Shown here in pieces: positions 28,472 through 38,076 of a DNA stretch of 64,000 nucleotides. A model generated the notes under the pieces. It was not told the DNA's origin. It did not search any database and saw only the letters and a list, made by a program, of their open reading frames with translations. Source of the stretch: an uncultured Marvinbryantia sp. (GTDB lineage: Bacteria; Bacillota; Clostridia; Lachnospirales; Lachnospiraceae); the NCBI GenBank assembly GCA_937915375.1, contig CALDMO010000012.1, positions 3,915 to 67,914 on the forward strand, read 5' to 3'. A program made the translations under genes and the position numbers. The first letter of the stretch is position 1, and every line of letters starts with the position of its first letter.

Positions 28472-29896
28472 TTGAGTGTACGAGAACTTCCAGAAGCATT
28501 TCTGAAAAAAATGCAGACGATACTTGGTGAAGAATATGAGGCATTTCTGGCTTCGTATGAGCAGCCGCGCAATTTTGGTCTGCGCGTAAATGTAGATAAG
28601 ATTTCACCGCGGGAATTTGAACAGTTGTCGGATTTTCATTTGACGAAGATTCCCTGGACAGAGAACGGCTATTACTATGAAGCGGAGGATGTTCCAGCCA
28701 GACATCCGTTTTACTATGCAGGGCTATATTATTTGCAGGAGCCGAGCGCGATGACGCCGGCTTCTCGGCTGCCGATCAATCCGGGGGAGCGGGTACTTGA
28801 TTTGTGTGCCGCGCCGGGCGGAAAAGCAACGGAGTTGGGGGCGAGGCTACACGGAAAGGGCGTGTTGGTGGCAAATGATATCAGCGCTTCCAGAGCAAAA
28901 GCGCTGCTGAAAAATCTGGAAGTCTCTGGTGTGGACAATGCGTTTGTGACAAATGAGGTACCGGCAAAGCTGGCAGCGGAGTTTCCGGAATTTTTTGATA
29001 AGATTCTTGTAGATGCACCGTGTTCTGGAGAAGGGATGTTCCGCAAGGATCCGGATGTGGCAAAAGTTTGGGATGAGCAGAAGCCGCTGGCCTGTGCAAA
29101 ACAGCAGAAGGAGATTATCAGCCGCGCCGCGCAGATGTTGGCGCCGGGCGGACAGCTTCTATATTCTACCTGTACATTTTCACCGGAGGAAAACGAAGAG
29201 GTAATTGCATATTTGCTGGAGAGTCGAGAGGATATGGAAGTGTTAGAGATTGCCGGATATGAGGGATTTTCTCAGGGACTTGCCACTAAAAATCATCCGG
29301 AATTGGCAAACTGTGTGCGTATTTGGCCGCATCACATGAACGGGGAAGGTCATTTTCTGGCACTTTTAAAAAAAGTTTCAATGAGTTCGGAAGAAAACTC
29401 TGAAATAAACAGAGCGTTTGAAACGGAACCTGCGGTGGGAAGGATACAGTTAGATTTAAAGGCTGCAAAACAGGAAAAAGCAGCTCTGGAAGGATTTTTC
29501 ACTGAAGTAGCGATGGAAATCGACTGGAAGTATGTGGAAGTACGTAAAGGACAGGTTTATTATGTGCCAAAAGCACTGGGGGAGCGTAAGGGACTGGTTT
29601 TTTTGCGGAATGGTTTATATCTGGGAGAAATCCGTAAAGACCGTTTTGAACCCAGTCAGTCATTTGCAGTGGCGTTGAGAAAAGAAGAATTTGCTTCCGT
29701 GATTGATTTAGATGCAGGGGACGAGCGTGTTATACGTTATTTGAAAGGAGAAACGCTGGATGTGGATGATCTGGAAACGGCATGTGGGAAGGGCTGGCAG
29801 CTGGTTTGTGTGAATGGCTATCCTCTTGGTTGGGGAAAGTTAGTAAACGGAACCTTAAAAAATAAATATCATGCTGGCTGGCGGATGAAATATTAG
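28472..29896 (+). CDS. RsmF/RsmB-family RNA m5C methyltransferase
   Basis: DLCAAPGGK, DAPCSGEG, YSTCT, RsmF-type C-terminal domains. Confidence 0.92.
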   Translation: MSVRELPEAFLKKMQTILGEEYEAFLASYEQPRNFGLRVNVDKISPREFEQLSDFHLTKIPWTENGYYYEAEDVPARHPFYYAGLYYLQEPSAMTPASRLPINPGERVLDLCAAPGGKATELGARLHGKGVLVANDISASRAKALLKNLEVSGVDNAFVTNEVPAKLAAEFPEFFDKILVDAPCSGEGMFRKDPDVAKVWDEQKPLACAKQQKEIISRAAQMLAPGGQLLYSTCTFSPEENEEVIAYLLESREDMEVLEIAGYEGFSQGLATKNHPELANCVRIWPHHMNGEGHFLALLKKVSMSSEENSEINRAFETEPAVGRIQLDLKAAKQEKAALEGFFTEVAMEIDWKYVEVRKGQVYYVPKALGERKGLVFLRNGLYLGEIRKDRFEPSQSFAVALRKEEFASVIDLDAGDERVIRYLKGETLDVDDLETACGKGWQLVCVNGYPLGWGKLVNGTLKNKYHAGWRMKY

Positions 29897-29919
29897 AACA
29901 AAGTGGGAGCATAGAAATT

Positions 29920-30603
29920 ATGGAGAAAGTGACTGCGCGTCTGTTTGAACTGCAGGATATAAAATATCGTGATTTCCAAGCGAAGCTGATTCCGAATATT
30001 GAGAAAGAAAAGGTAATCGGTGTGCGTGCGCCGGAAGTGAAAAAGCTGGCAAAAGAGATGCTGAAAAATGGAGAATGGGAGCCGTTTATTCGAAAACTGC
30101 CGCATCGGTATCAGGAAGAAAACATTCTTCACGCTTATATTCTTGGAAACAGAAAGACAGATATTGACGAGATATTGTATGATTTGGAGGAGTTTCTTCT
30201 ATATATAGATAACTGGGCGGTATGTGATACAATCAACCCGAAGATTTTCAAAAAATATCCGAAGGAGGTATATGATAAAGTAAAAGTTTGGGTAAAGCGT
30301 GAGCACGAGTATACCGTACGTTTCGGTGTGGTTACGCTGCTGCAGTCTTTTCTGGATGAGCATTTCCAGCCAGAAATGCTTGAACTGGCAGCCGATATTC
30401 ATCGCGAGGAATATTATATTAATATGGCGATTGCCTGGTATTTCAGTTTTGCATTGATTAAACAGTATGAAGCGGCGCTGCCGCTGATAGAAAGTCGGAC
30501 GCTTGATCCCTGGATACAGAATAAGAGTATTCAGAAAGCAATTGAGAGTTATCGTATCAGTAATGAGCGGAAAGAATATCTGCGGACACTGAAAATAAGG
30601 TGA
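29920..30603 (+). CDS. DNA alkylation repair protein (AlkD-like)
   Basis: IGVRAP, IDNWAVCD, YYINMAIAW, NKSIQKAIES. Confidence 0.88.
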   Translation: MEKVTARLFELQDIKYRDFQAKLIPNIEKEKVIGVRAPEVKKLAKEMLKNGEWEPFIRKLPHRYQEENILHAYILGNRKTDIDEILYDLEEFLLYIDNWAVCDTINPKIFKKYPKEVYDKVKVWVKREHEYTVRFGVVTLLQSFLDEHFQPEMLELAADIHREEYYINMAIAWYFSFALIKQYEAALPLIESRTLDPWIQNKSIQKAIESYRISNERKEYLRTLKIR

Positions 30604-30625
30604 AAAAATAAAAAACATGGCTTGT

Positions 30626-30661
30626 AAGCGGGATTCTGTAAAAGGAATTCCGCTTTTTTTT
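30626..30661 (+). terminator. Intrinsic terminator after alkD-like gene
   Basis: aagcgggattc...gaattccgctt followed by a T run. Confidence 0.75.
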
Positions 30662-30766
30662 GAGACTATTTTCGACTATGTTCCTGTTTTTTACATAATA
30701 CACACAAAATTTAAAGGATTCATTTGTTGATAGTCACGAAATGATGGAAATATGTGGAATATTCTA

Positions 30767-30797
30767 TTGACAAAATAATACCGGGGGGGGGTATAAA
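30767..30797 (+). promoter_or_regulatory. Sigma-A promoter with G9 homopolymer in the spacer
   Basis: TTGACA 30767-30772, G9 at 30783-30791, TATAAA 30792-30797; spacer is 19 bp. Confidence 0.7.
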
Positions 30798-31008
30798 AGA
30801 GTTATATCGAAGATATGTAAAAAATGGTAAAGAATGTTCTTCGGTATTTTGAAACAGTATGCGTTTCCGTGATTCTGAAGTATTTTACATAGCAACGGAA
30901 CAGGAGCCGCATTTGTTTCATTATGTGTCTGGGAAAGGAGTGAGGGGGGAGAACAGACGAACAAGGGAAGATCTATAGAAGTAACAAAACAGAGAGAGGA
31001 TTAAAATT

Positions 31009-32943
31009 ATGTGCACAAAAATGAAACAAAGATGGAAACGGGTGCTGGTATGTGTTATGACGATAGCAATGCTGGCAACTCAGATGACCGCAGGTGTTTG
31101 GGCAACCGAAGAGCATGATTGCTGGGATTACCATGAAACGTTTAAGTATACGTCAAATGGAAAGGGAACGCATAAAGCAGAGTGTCCGGAATGTGGCAAG
31201 ACTGTAGTAGAGTCAGCAGACTGTGTATATGTAAATGGAAAATGTGGCGTATGCGGAGCAGAATGCAGCCATGCAGGAAATCATTGGACTTACACAGATA
31301 ATGGAAACGGAACCCATAAAGTAGCATGTGCAGACTGTGGCGTAGTAGTAACAGGCGCTACAACATGTGTATATGAAAATGGAAAATGCGGCGTATGCGG
31401 AGCAGAATGCAGTCATGCAGGAAATAATTGGACTTACGCAGATAACGGAAATGGAACCCATAAAGTAACATGTGCAGACTGTGGCGTAGTAGTAACAGGC
31501 GCTGCAGCATGTGTATATGAAAACGGAACTTGCGGTGTATGTGGAGCAGAATGCAGTCATGCAGGAAATAATTGGACTTACGCAGATAACGGAAATGGAA
31601 CCCATAAAGTAACATGTGCAGATTGCGGAGTTGTAGTGACAGCAGAAACAGCATGTGTATATGAAAATGGTGTTTGCGGTGTATGCGGTTCAGAAGAACC
31701 GGCAGCATGTGATCATGCAGCCAATAAATGGACTTATGAAGATAACAAAAACGGAACCCATAAAGTAATTTGTGCAGATTGCGGAGCAGTTGTAACAGAA
31801 CAAACAGCATGTACATGGGAAGATGGAAACGCATGTGTATGTGGTTCTGTAAAACCGGCATGTGATCATACAGCAAATAAGTGGAACTATGTTGACAATG
31901 GAAACGGAACTCATAAAGTAACATGTGCAGACTGCGGAGCAGTTGTAACAGATGCAGCAGATTGTGTATATGTAAACGGCGTATGTGGCGTATGTGGTTC
32001 TAAAGAAGCAGCATGTGATCATGCAGCAAATAACTGGAACTATGTTGATAATGGAAACGGAACCCATAAAGTAGTATGTGCAGACTGTGAAGCAGTAGTA
32101 ACAGACGCAGCAGACTGCGTATATGTAAACGGTGTATGCGGTGCATGTGATGCAAAATGCGACCATATGGGAAATAACTGGACTTATGTACAGAACGGCG
32201 ATGGAACTCACAAAATTATCTGTGAGGACTGTGGTATGACAGCAGCAGATGCAGCAGAGTGTGTATATGTAGACGGTGTTTGTGGTGCATGTGGTTTTGA
32301 AGAGCCGAAAGCATGCGGTCATGCAGGAAACAACTGGACATACGTTGACAACAAAAACGGAACCCATAAAGTAGTATGTGCAGATTGTGGAGCAGTAGTA
32401 ACAGAAGAAACAGCATGTGTATGGGAAGATGGAAACGCATGTGTATGTGGCTCTGAAGAATGCAAGCATGCAGGAAACAACTGGACATATGTTGACAACG
32501 AAGACGGAACTCATAAAGTAGTATGTGCAGACTGTGGTGAAGTTGTAGAAGATGCAGCAGCATGTGTATGGGAAGACGGAAATGCATGTGTATGTGGCTC
32601 TGTAGAACCGGAAGAAACTGAGACAGAAACTGAAACTGAGACAGAAACCGAAACTGAGACAGAAACCGAAACTGAGACAGAGACAGAAACTGAAGTAGAG
32701 TCTGAAACTGAAACAGAAGAAGAAACTGAAACAGAAGAAGAAACTGAAACAGACAAAGAAACTGGAAATACAAACGGAACGAATGATAAGAAACCTTCCG
32801 GAACAGACAACAAACAGGATAAGAAAGGTGACGGAGCAGTAAAAACTGGCGACGATACAACAATTGTTTGGTATGGTCTGGCTATGGTAGTAGCACTTGC
32901 AGCAGGCGGTTTTGCAGTAAGAAAAAAATACGCAGCAAAATAA
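31009..32943 (+). CDS. Sortase-anchored surface protein with ten Cys/His-rich repeats and an ET-rich stalk
   Basis: Signal peptide; 10 repeats of CxH..WxYxxNxxGTHKVxCxDC..C..CxxC; (ET)n; VKTGD + TM + RKK tail. Confidence 0.9.
   Translation: MCTKMKQRWKRVLVCVMTIAMLATQMTAGVWATEEHDCWDYHETFKYTSNGKGTHKAECPECGKTVVESADCVYVNGKCGVCGAECSHAGNHWTYTDNGNGTHKVACADCGVVVTGATTCVYENGKCGVCGAECSHAGNNWTYADNGNGTHKVTCADCGVVVTGAAACVYENGTCGVCGAECSHAGNNWTYADNGNGTHKVTCADCGVVVTAETACVYENGVCGVCGSEEPAACDHAANKWTYEDNKNGTHKVICADCGAVVTEQTACTWEDGNACVCGSVKPACDHTANKWNYVDNGNGTHKVTCADCGAVVTDAADCVYVNGVCGVCGSKEAACDHAANNWNYVDNGNGTHKVVCADCEAVVTDAADCVYVNGVCGACDAKCDHMGNNWTYVQNGDGTHKIICEDCGMTAADAAECVYVDGVCGACGFEEPKACGHAGNNWTYVDNKNGTHKVVCADCGAVVTEETACVWEDGNACVCGSEECKHAGNNWTYVDNEDGTHKVVCADCGEVVEDAAACVWEDGNACVCGSVEPEETETETETETETETETETETETETETEVESETETEEETETEEETETDKETGNTNGTNDKKPSGTDNKQDKKGDGAVKTGDDTTIVWYGLAMVVALAAGGFAVRKKYAAK
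31117..32610 (+). repeat. Intragenic tandem repeat, ~144-156 nt units (10 copies)
   Basis: For example gaatgcag(c/t)catgcaggaaat at 31261, 31405 and 31549 (144-nt period). Confidence 0.9.
32614..32753 (+). repeat. Glu-Thr microsatellite-like coding repeat
   Basis: Tandem gaaact/gagaca/gaaacc hexamers. Confidence 0.85.
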
Positions 32944-32953
32944 GTTAAAGAGA

Positions 32954-32981
32954 AAATAAGAGAGGGAAACCTCTCTTATTT
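32954..32981 (+). terminator. Hairpin after the Cys-repeat gene
   Basis: aaataagagagg-gaaa-cctctcttattt perfect stem. Confidence 0.7.
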
Positions 32982-32998
32982 CTTGATGAAGGGAAGAT

Positions 32999-33421
32999 AT
33001 GAAGCAGAGAAGACAGACAAAAAGGAGAAGAAGAGAGACCGCTAAGGGAAGACTGGTACTGTTAGTAATGTTGATAATAACAGCAGTGGTTTATATAGCA
33101 GTTGGAAGGGAAATTTTTGAAAAAAAGAAAACTACAGAGGAAACAAATGTAACAGAAATAACAGTAACGGAAAAGAATACAGAAGAAACTGCGGAGCATC
33201 AGGAGAAAAAGGATGCCGGGAATGTGGAGGGGCTGAAAGAGCAGATTACACAAATAAAAAAAATGGAGCTCGGAAAATATACAGAGGAAACAGTGCAGAA
33301 ACTTATTGAAACAATAACAGCAGCCCAGATATTGATAGAAGAGAATGCGGAGCAGGAAAAACTTGATCAAATGAGTCAAAAACTGGCGCAAGCGGTTGAA
33401 GCGCTTGTAATTTCACAATAG
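32999..33421 (+). CDS. Membrane-anchored protein with a FIVAR-like helical domain
   Basis: Basic N-terminus, one TM segment, C-terminal ...KYTEETVQKL...LAQAVEAL pattern. Confidence 0.65.
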   Translation: MKQRRQTKRRRRETAKGRLVLLVMLIITAVVYIAVGREIFEKKKTTEETNVTEITVTEKNTEETAEHQEKKDAGNVEGLKEQITQIKKMELGKYTEETVQKLIETITAAQILIEENAEQEKLDQMSQKLAQAVEALVISQ

Positions 33422-33488
33422 CAGTCTAAAATGTTCCTTTGTACTGGATGAAAGCAGAAAATAACGCAAAATTATAATAAAAAACTGC

Positions 33489-33517
33489 TTGCATTTTTAT
33501 ATTAATAGTGTTATAGT
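33489..33517 (+). promoter_or_regulatory. Sigma-A promoter of tRNA-Pro copy 1
   Basis: TTGCAT-17 bp-TATAGT, with extended TG. Confidence 0.6.
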
Positions 33518-33541
33518 TATATAGATTGATGTAAGCAGCAA

Positions 33542-33615
33542 CGATGCGTGGCTCAGCTTGGTAGAGCGCTGCGTTCGGGACGCAGAGGTCGCAGGTTCAA
33601 ATCCTGTCGCATCGA
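33542..33615 (+). tRNA. tRNA-Pro(CGG), copy 1 (CCA not encoded)
   Basis: Acceptor stem cgatgcg/cgcatcg, anticodon arm ctgcg-ttCGGga-cgcag, T-loop ggttcaaatcc, discriminator A. Confidence 0.96.
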
Positions 33616-33784
33616 TGAAGGAAAGTGGGTACCGTGAGGTATCCGCTTTTTTATAATCAAGGAGATTGTGCCAGAAAAGAAATCCGTATTGCAGATTGAA
33701 TTTCAGATACATTTTTGGTATAATAATCGCAGAAATGCGATTTAGAAAAATGTATAAGAGAAAGCAAAAACAGGAGGTAATGAT

Positions 33785-34189
33785 ATGGCAATTCAATTTG
33801 ATAATTCTTTGAGAACAGGAAATGAACTGATTGATACACAGCATCAGGAACTGATTGCCCGTGTAAATAAACTGACGGAAGAATGTAAGCCAGGTACAGA
33901 AAAGACAGTGGCAGCACAGACACTGGGATTTTTGATGGATTACACAAATGAGCATTTTGCAGATGAGGAAAAACTGCAGGAAGAGCATAACTATCCGCTT
34001 TTAGATGCACACAAAGAACAGCATGCTTCTTTTGTAAAAGCAGTGAGTGAACTGGAAGAAATGCTGGTTGAGGAGGAAGGTCCGAGTGAGGCTTTCGTTG
34101 CGGCTGTAAAGAAAAATGTGGTAGATTGGCTTTTGAATCATATTATGGTTTGGGATAAACAAGTTGCCCAGTATGTAATAGAAAAATAA
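33785..34189 (+). CDS. Bacteriohemerythrin
   Basis: IDTQHQEL, HFADEE, HKEQH, WLLNHIMVWDK iron-ligand pattern. Confidence 0.92.
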   Translation: MAIQFDNSLRTGNELIDTQHQELIARVNKLTEECKPGTEKTVAAQTLGFLMDYTNEHFADEEKLQEEHNYPLLDAHKEQHASFVKAVSELEEMLVEEEGPSEAFVAAVKKNVVDWLLNHIMVWDKQVAQYVIEK

Positions 34190-34331
34190 AACAAAGAAGA
34201 GGGCCGCTGCCGGATTGGGTGGGAAGATAAATGTTCCCGGATCTGGCGGCGGTTTTGTATTGCAGTAAGGATGATGCCTTGAGTTTATAGAAGGCATCAG
34301 TGAGAATATACTTTATGCCGGGAGGGGTACA

Positions 34332-35507
34332 ATGCGCTATACAGCACCGGATTATTATAAAAAGTTCAAATGTCTGGCGGGGGAATGTCCGGCCACCTGT
34401 TGTGCAGGATGGCAGATTGTGATTGATCCGAAATCACTGGCTCGTTATGCTTCCATGAAAGGGATTTTTGGAAATCGTGTTAAAAATTCTGTTAATTGGA
34501 AAGAGCATACTTTTCGGCAGTATAGAAATCGCTGTGCGTTTTTGAATGAAGAAAATTTGTGTGATCTCCATCTGGAGGCAGGCGCAGATATGATGTGTAC
34601 GACCTGTCGAAAATATCCGCGTCATATTGAAGTATTTGATAATGAAAGGGAGATTTCATTGTCTATGTCTTGTCCGGCAGCGGCAGAATTGATTCTTGGC
34701 AGAAAAACGCCGCTAACATTTCGTATGGCAGAGGATCAGAAACAGGATGCAGAGGATGAAAATTTTGACAGCTTTTTATATTCTGCATTGCAGGATACAC
34801 GTACCTTGTTTTTTGAGATTATGCAGAATCGCAAAGAAAATGTGTTTCTGCGGATGGCAAAGGTATTGACTCTGGCACATGATGTGCAGAACCGGATAGA
34901 TGGCGGAAGAATTTTTGAAGTAGAAGAAGTTTTGATGGCATATCGAAAGGAAAGTGTGCAGAAACGGCTGGAAAAAAAGCTGAAAAGAAAAATTGCGGAT
35001 GAAGTGTTCGCAGATATGCCGGATGGAAATGAATTTTTGAATTTGCTCAGTGCGTTTGAAGTGCTTGATTGTACTTGGGCGCCGGATATAGAAAACTGGA
35101 AGTGTATTCTGCGGACCGCACAGAGAGAGAAGCAGGGAAGGAAAGATATTCAGCAGTTTTTTACATCTTCTGTGGTAGCGGATACAGAATACGAACAAAT
35201 GATGGTATATTATCTGTATACATATTTTTGCGGTGCGGTCTATGATGGAGAGGCTTTGGCAAAGGTAAAGGCGGCTGTTGCGAGTACATTGATCTGGAGC
35301 TGGATTTCCTGTGCGCTGTGGTTGGAAAATGGGAAAAAATTAAGTTTTCAGGAACGTTTGCAGCTGGCATGGCGATATTCCAGAGAACTTGAACATTCTG
35401 ATTTGAATTTAAATAAAATGGATGAATTAGCCATAAATAAAGCACAGATGAAGGTTTCTGCGCTTTTAGGCCAGGTATTGTGTCTGTATGAGTGGCAAAA
35501 TACATGA
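34332..35507 (+). CDS. fliB: Flagellin lysine-N-methylase FliB family
   Basis: FKCLAGECPATCCAGWQI, CAFL..NLC, TCRKYPR, SCP, SRELEHS. Confidence 0.85.
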   Translation: MRYTAPDYYKKFKCLAGECPATCCAGWQIVIDPKSLARYASMKGIFGNRVKNSVNWKEHTFRQYRNRCAFLNEENLCDLHLEAGADMMCTTCRKYPRHIEVFDNEREISLSMSCPAAAELILGRKTPLTFRMAEDQKQDAEDENFDSFLYSALQDTRTLFFEIMQNRKENVFLRMAKVLTLAHDVQNRIDGGRIFEVEEVLMAYRKESVQKRLEKKLKRKIADEVFADMPDGNEFLNLLSAFEVLDCTWAPDIENWKCILRTAQREKQGRKDIQQFFTSSVVADTEYEQMMVYYLYTYFCGAVYDGEALAKVKAAVASTLIWSWISCALWLENGKKLSFQERLQLAWRYSRELEHSDLNLNKMDELAINKAQMKVSALLGQVLCLYEWQNT

Positions 35508-35572
35508 GACAGATAGAATTGAATTCAGAAAGTTAAAATATAAAAATTAATTTTCTGAATTCAAAAAAATGC

Positions 35573-35601
35573 TTGACTTTGATATAAATAAATGATATAG
35601 T
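35573..35601 (+). promoter_or_regulatory. Sigma-A promoter of tRNA-Pro copy 2
   Basis: TTGACT-17 bp-TATAGT, with extended TG. Confidence 0.65.
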
Positions 35602-35618
35602 AATAAAGCTTGAGAAAA

Positions 35619-35692
35619 CGATGCGTGGCTCAGCTTGGTAGAGCGCTGCGTTCGGGACGCAGAGGTCGCAGGTTCAAATCCTGTCGCATCGA
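35619..35692 (+). tRNA. tRNA-Pro(CGG), copy 2, identical to copy 1
   Basis: Same 74-nt sequence as 33542-33615. Confidence 0.96.
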
Positions 35693-35780
35693 TAAAAAAT
35701 GGGTACTGTGAAGTATCCATTTTTTTTTTTTTCAAAAGAAAAAAGTTAAGTATGTGATTTCAGAAGGATTGCGTGCGAAT

Positions 35781-35873
35781 GTTCGGGCGCAGAGGGTGCT
35801 GCGTGCCAGTGGCACGCGTTAAGCACCGACCGGAGCGAAGCGCAGACCGCAGGTTCAAATCCTGTCGCATCGA
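35781..35873 (+). pseudogene. tRNA-Pro remnant interrupted by a ~52-nt palindromic insert
   Basis: gttcggg-cgcagagg (35781-35795), then the insert, then cgcaggttcaaatcctgtcgcatcga (35848-35873); 5' half absent. Confidence 0.8.
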
Positions 35874-36009
35874 TAAATGAAAGTGGGTATCGTGAGGTAT
35901 CCACTTTTTTATTGAAGGAAATCTTAATTTCAGAGAAAATTCATAGAATACTGTAAGAAAACGTGTTATACTTGATTTATCTATACAAAATAAAAAGGGG
36001 GTACGCAAT

Positions 36010-36786
36010 ATGCAGAATTATTCAGGTGAAGAGGGCTTACAATATCACGTACGGCTGCGAAAGGGAGATGTAGGAAGATATGTAATCCTTCCCGGAGATC
36101 CAAAACGGTGTGAAAAGATCGCAAAGCATTTTGATAACGCTTCTTTAGTGGCGGACAGTCGTGAGTATGTAACTTACACAGGGTATTTGGACGGGGAAAA
36201 GGTTAGCGTTACCTCTACGGGGATTGGTGGAGCGTCGGCGTCGATTGCGATGGAAGAGCTGGTGAGATGCGGCGCAGATACATTTATTCGTGTTGGTACT
36301 TGCGGTGGTATGGATATGGATGTTAAGGGCGGTGACATTGTAGTGGCGACGGGAGCAATCCGTATGGAAGGAACCAGCCGTGAATATGCACCGATTGAAT
36401 ATCCGGCGGTGGCGGACCTGCAGGTGACAAATGCGCTTGTAGAAGCGGCAGAGCGTCTGGGTTATACCTATCACGCAGGCGTTGTACAATGCAAGGATGC
36501 ATTTTACGGACAGCATGAACCGGAGACAAAGCCGGTTAGCTATGAGTTGTTGAACAAGTGGGAAGCGTGGCTGCGCATGGGCTGCAAAGCGTCCGAAATG
36601 GAATCGGCGGCGCTGTTTATTGTGGCGAATTATCTGAGAGTGCGCTGCGGATCTACTTTTTTGGTGGTTGGTAATCAGGAACGTGCCAAAGCCGGTCTGG
36701 AAAATCCAATCGTACACGATACGGAAGCGGCAATCGCCAGTGCGGTTGAGGCGATCCGTATTATGATTAAAAAAGATAAGAGATAG
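36010..36786 (+). CDS. udp: Uridine phosphorylase
   Basis: LPGDPKR, STGIGG, RVGTCG, FYGQH, EMESA. Confidence 0.93.
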   Translation: MQNYSGEEGLQYHVRLRKGDVGRYVILPGDPKRCEKIAKHFDNASLVADSREYVTYTGYLDGEKVSVTSTGIGGASASIAMEELVRCGADTFIRVGTCGGMDMDVKGGDIVVATGAIRMEGTSREYAPIEYPAVADLQVTNALVEAAERLGYTYHAGVVQCKDAFYGQHEPETKPVSYELLNKWEAWLRMGCKASEMESAALFIVANYLRVRCGSTFLVVGNQERAKAGLENPIVHDTEAAIASAVEAIRIMIKKDKR

Positions 36787-36829
36787 AAAGTATCAATATA
36801 TTTAATTGCAGAAGGAATAAGGTGGAAAC

Positions 36830-38020
36830 ATGGAATATAACAGAATTTTTACTGTGGTAATGGATTCCGTAGGAATCGGCGCAATGCCGGATGCTGCCAA
36901 GTACGGCGACGCCGGAGCGGATACGTTAGGGCATATTGCGGAGAATAGAGAGAATTTTCATATTCCGAATCTGGAAAAGCTGGGAATTGGAAATATTCGT
37001 GAGCTAAAGGGTGTTGCACCGGCAGCAGAGCCGATGGCGCGCTTTGCAAAATTAAAGGAAATGAGCTGCGGCAAGGATACTATGACCGGTCACTGGGAAA
37101 TGATGGGACTTCATGTGACAAAGCCGTTTAAAACCTTTACGGAAACTGGTTTTCCGGATGAACTGATCAAAGAGTTGGAAAAGCGTACCGGCAGAAAGAT
37201 TATCGGTAACAAGAGCGCCAGCGGAACAGAAATTTTGGAAGAACTGGCTGAGGAAGAAATACGGGATGGGCATCTGATCGTGTATACTTCTGCGGATTCT
37301 GTTCTGCAGATTTGTGGAAATGAAGAAACGATGGGATTGGAAAATCTATATCATTACTGTGAGATTGCCCGTGAACTGACGATGCGGGAGGAATGGATGG
37401 TTGGCAGGGTGATTGCCCGTCCATATGTGGGCAGAAAAAAAGGTGAATTTAAGCGTACCGCCAATCGTCATGATTATGCGTTGAAACCGTATGGAAAAAC
37501 GGTGCTGGACAGCCTGAAGGAGAGCGGTTTGGATGTGATTTCTGTCGGAAAGATTTATGATATTTTTGACGGAGAGGGACTGACTGAATCCAATAAATCT
37601 AAGAGTTCTGTACATGGTATGGAGCAGACCATTGAGATTGCCGGACGAGATTTTAAAGGACTCTGTTTTACGAATCTGGTTGATTTTGACGCGCTTTGGG
37701 GTCATAGAAGAGACGTAAAGGGTTACGCGGAGGAGTTGGAACGTTTTGATGTGCTGCTTGGTAAACTGATGGAGACGATGAAGGATGATGATTTACTCAT
37801 TTTGACGGCGGACCATGGCAACGATCCGACTTATAAGGGAACCGATCATACCAGAGAAAAAGTACCGTTTTTGGCATGGTCTCCGTCTATGAAAAAAGGC
37901 GGCGCGCTGCCGGAGCAGGAATGTTTTGCTGTAATCGGAGCGACAATTGCGGAAAACTTCGGTGTGGAGATGCCGGAAGGCTGTATCGGTACATCGCTGT
38001 TGGAGAAATTACAAAAATAG
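36830..38020 (+). CDS. deoB: Phosphopentomutase
   Basis: [37 protein letters not shown]. Confidence 0.95.
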   Translation: MEYNRIFTVVMDSVGIGAMPDAAKYGDAGADTLGHIAENRENFHIPNLEKLGIGNIRELKGVAPAAEPMARFAKLKEMSCGKDTMTGHWEMMGLHVTKPFKTFTETGFPDELIKELEKRTGRKIIGNKSASGTEILEELAEEEIRDGHLIVYTSADSVLQICGNEETMGLENLYHYCEIARELTMREEWMVGRVIARPYVGRKKGEFKRTANRHDYALKPYGKTVLDSLKESGLDVISVGKIYDIFDGEGLTESNKSKSSVHGMEQTIEIAGRDFKGLCFTNLVDFDALWGHRRDVKGYAEELERFDVLLGKLMETMKDDDLLILTADHGNDPTYKGTDHTREKVPFLAWSPSMKKGGALPEQECFAVIGATIAENFGVEMPEGCIGTSLLEKLQK

Positions 38021-38076
38021 TTCGGATTTTCTGAACTGCAATAGAAAATTTAAAAGAAAGAGAAGAGGAAGAAAAC

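Noticed and set aside
31117..32610. Tandem repeats as a CRISPR array or as a multiheme cytochrome
   Set aside because: The units are in-frame coding repeats with synonymous variation and no repeat-spacer structure, and no cas genes are present. There is no CxxCH motif.
31142..32863. Several long minus-strand ORFs (up to 274 aa)
   Set aside because: Shadows of the repetitive plus-strand gene.
30660..35910. Active integrative element or prophage at tRNA-Pro
   Set aside because: No integrase, excisionase, replication or phage genes; at most a scar.
33497..36008. Minus-strand ORFs containing DATGFEPATSASRTQRSTKLSHAS and related text
   Set aside because: These are translations of the reverse complement of the tRNA-Pro copies.
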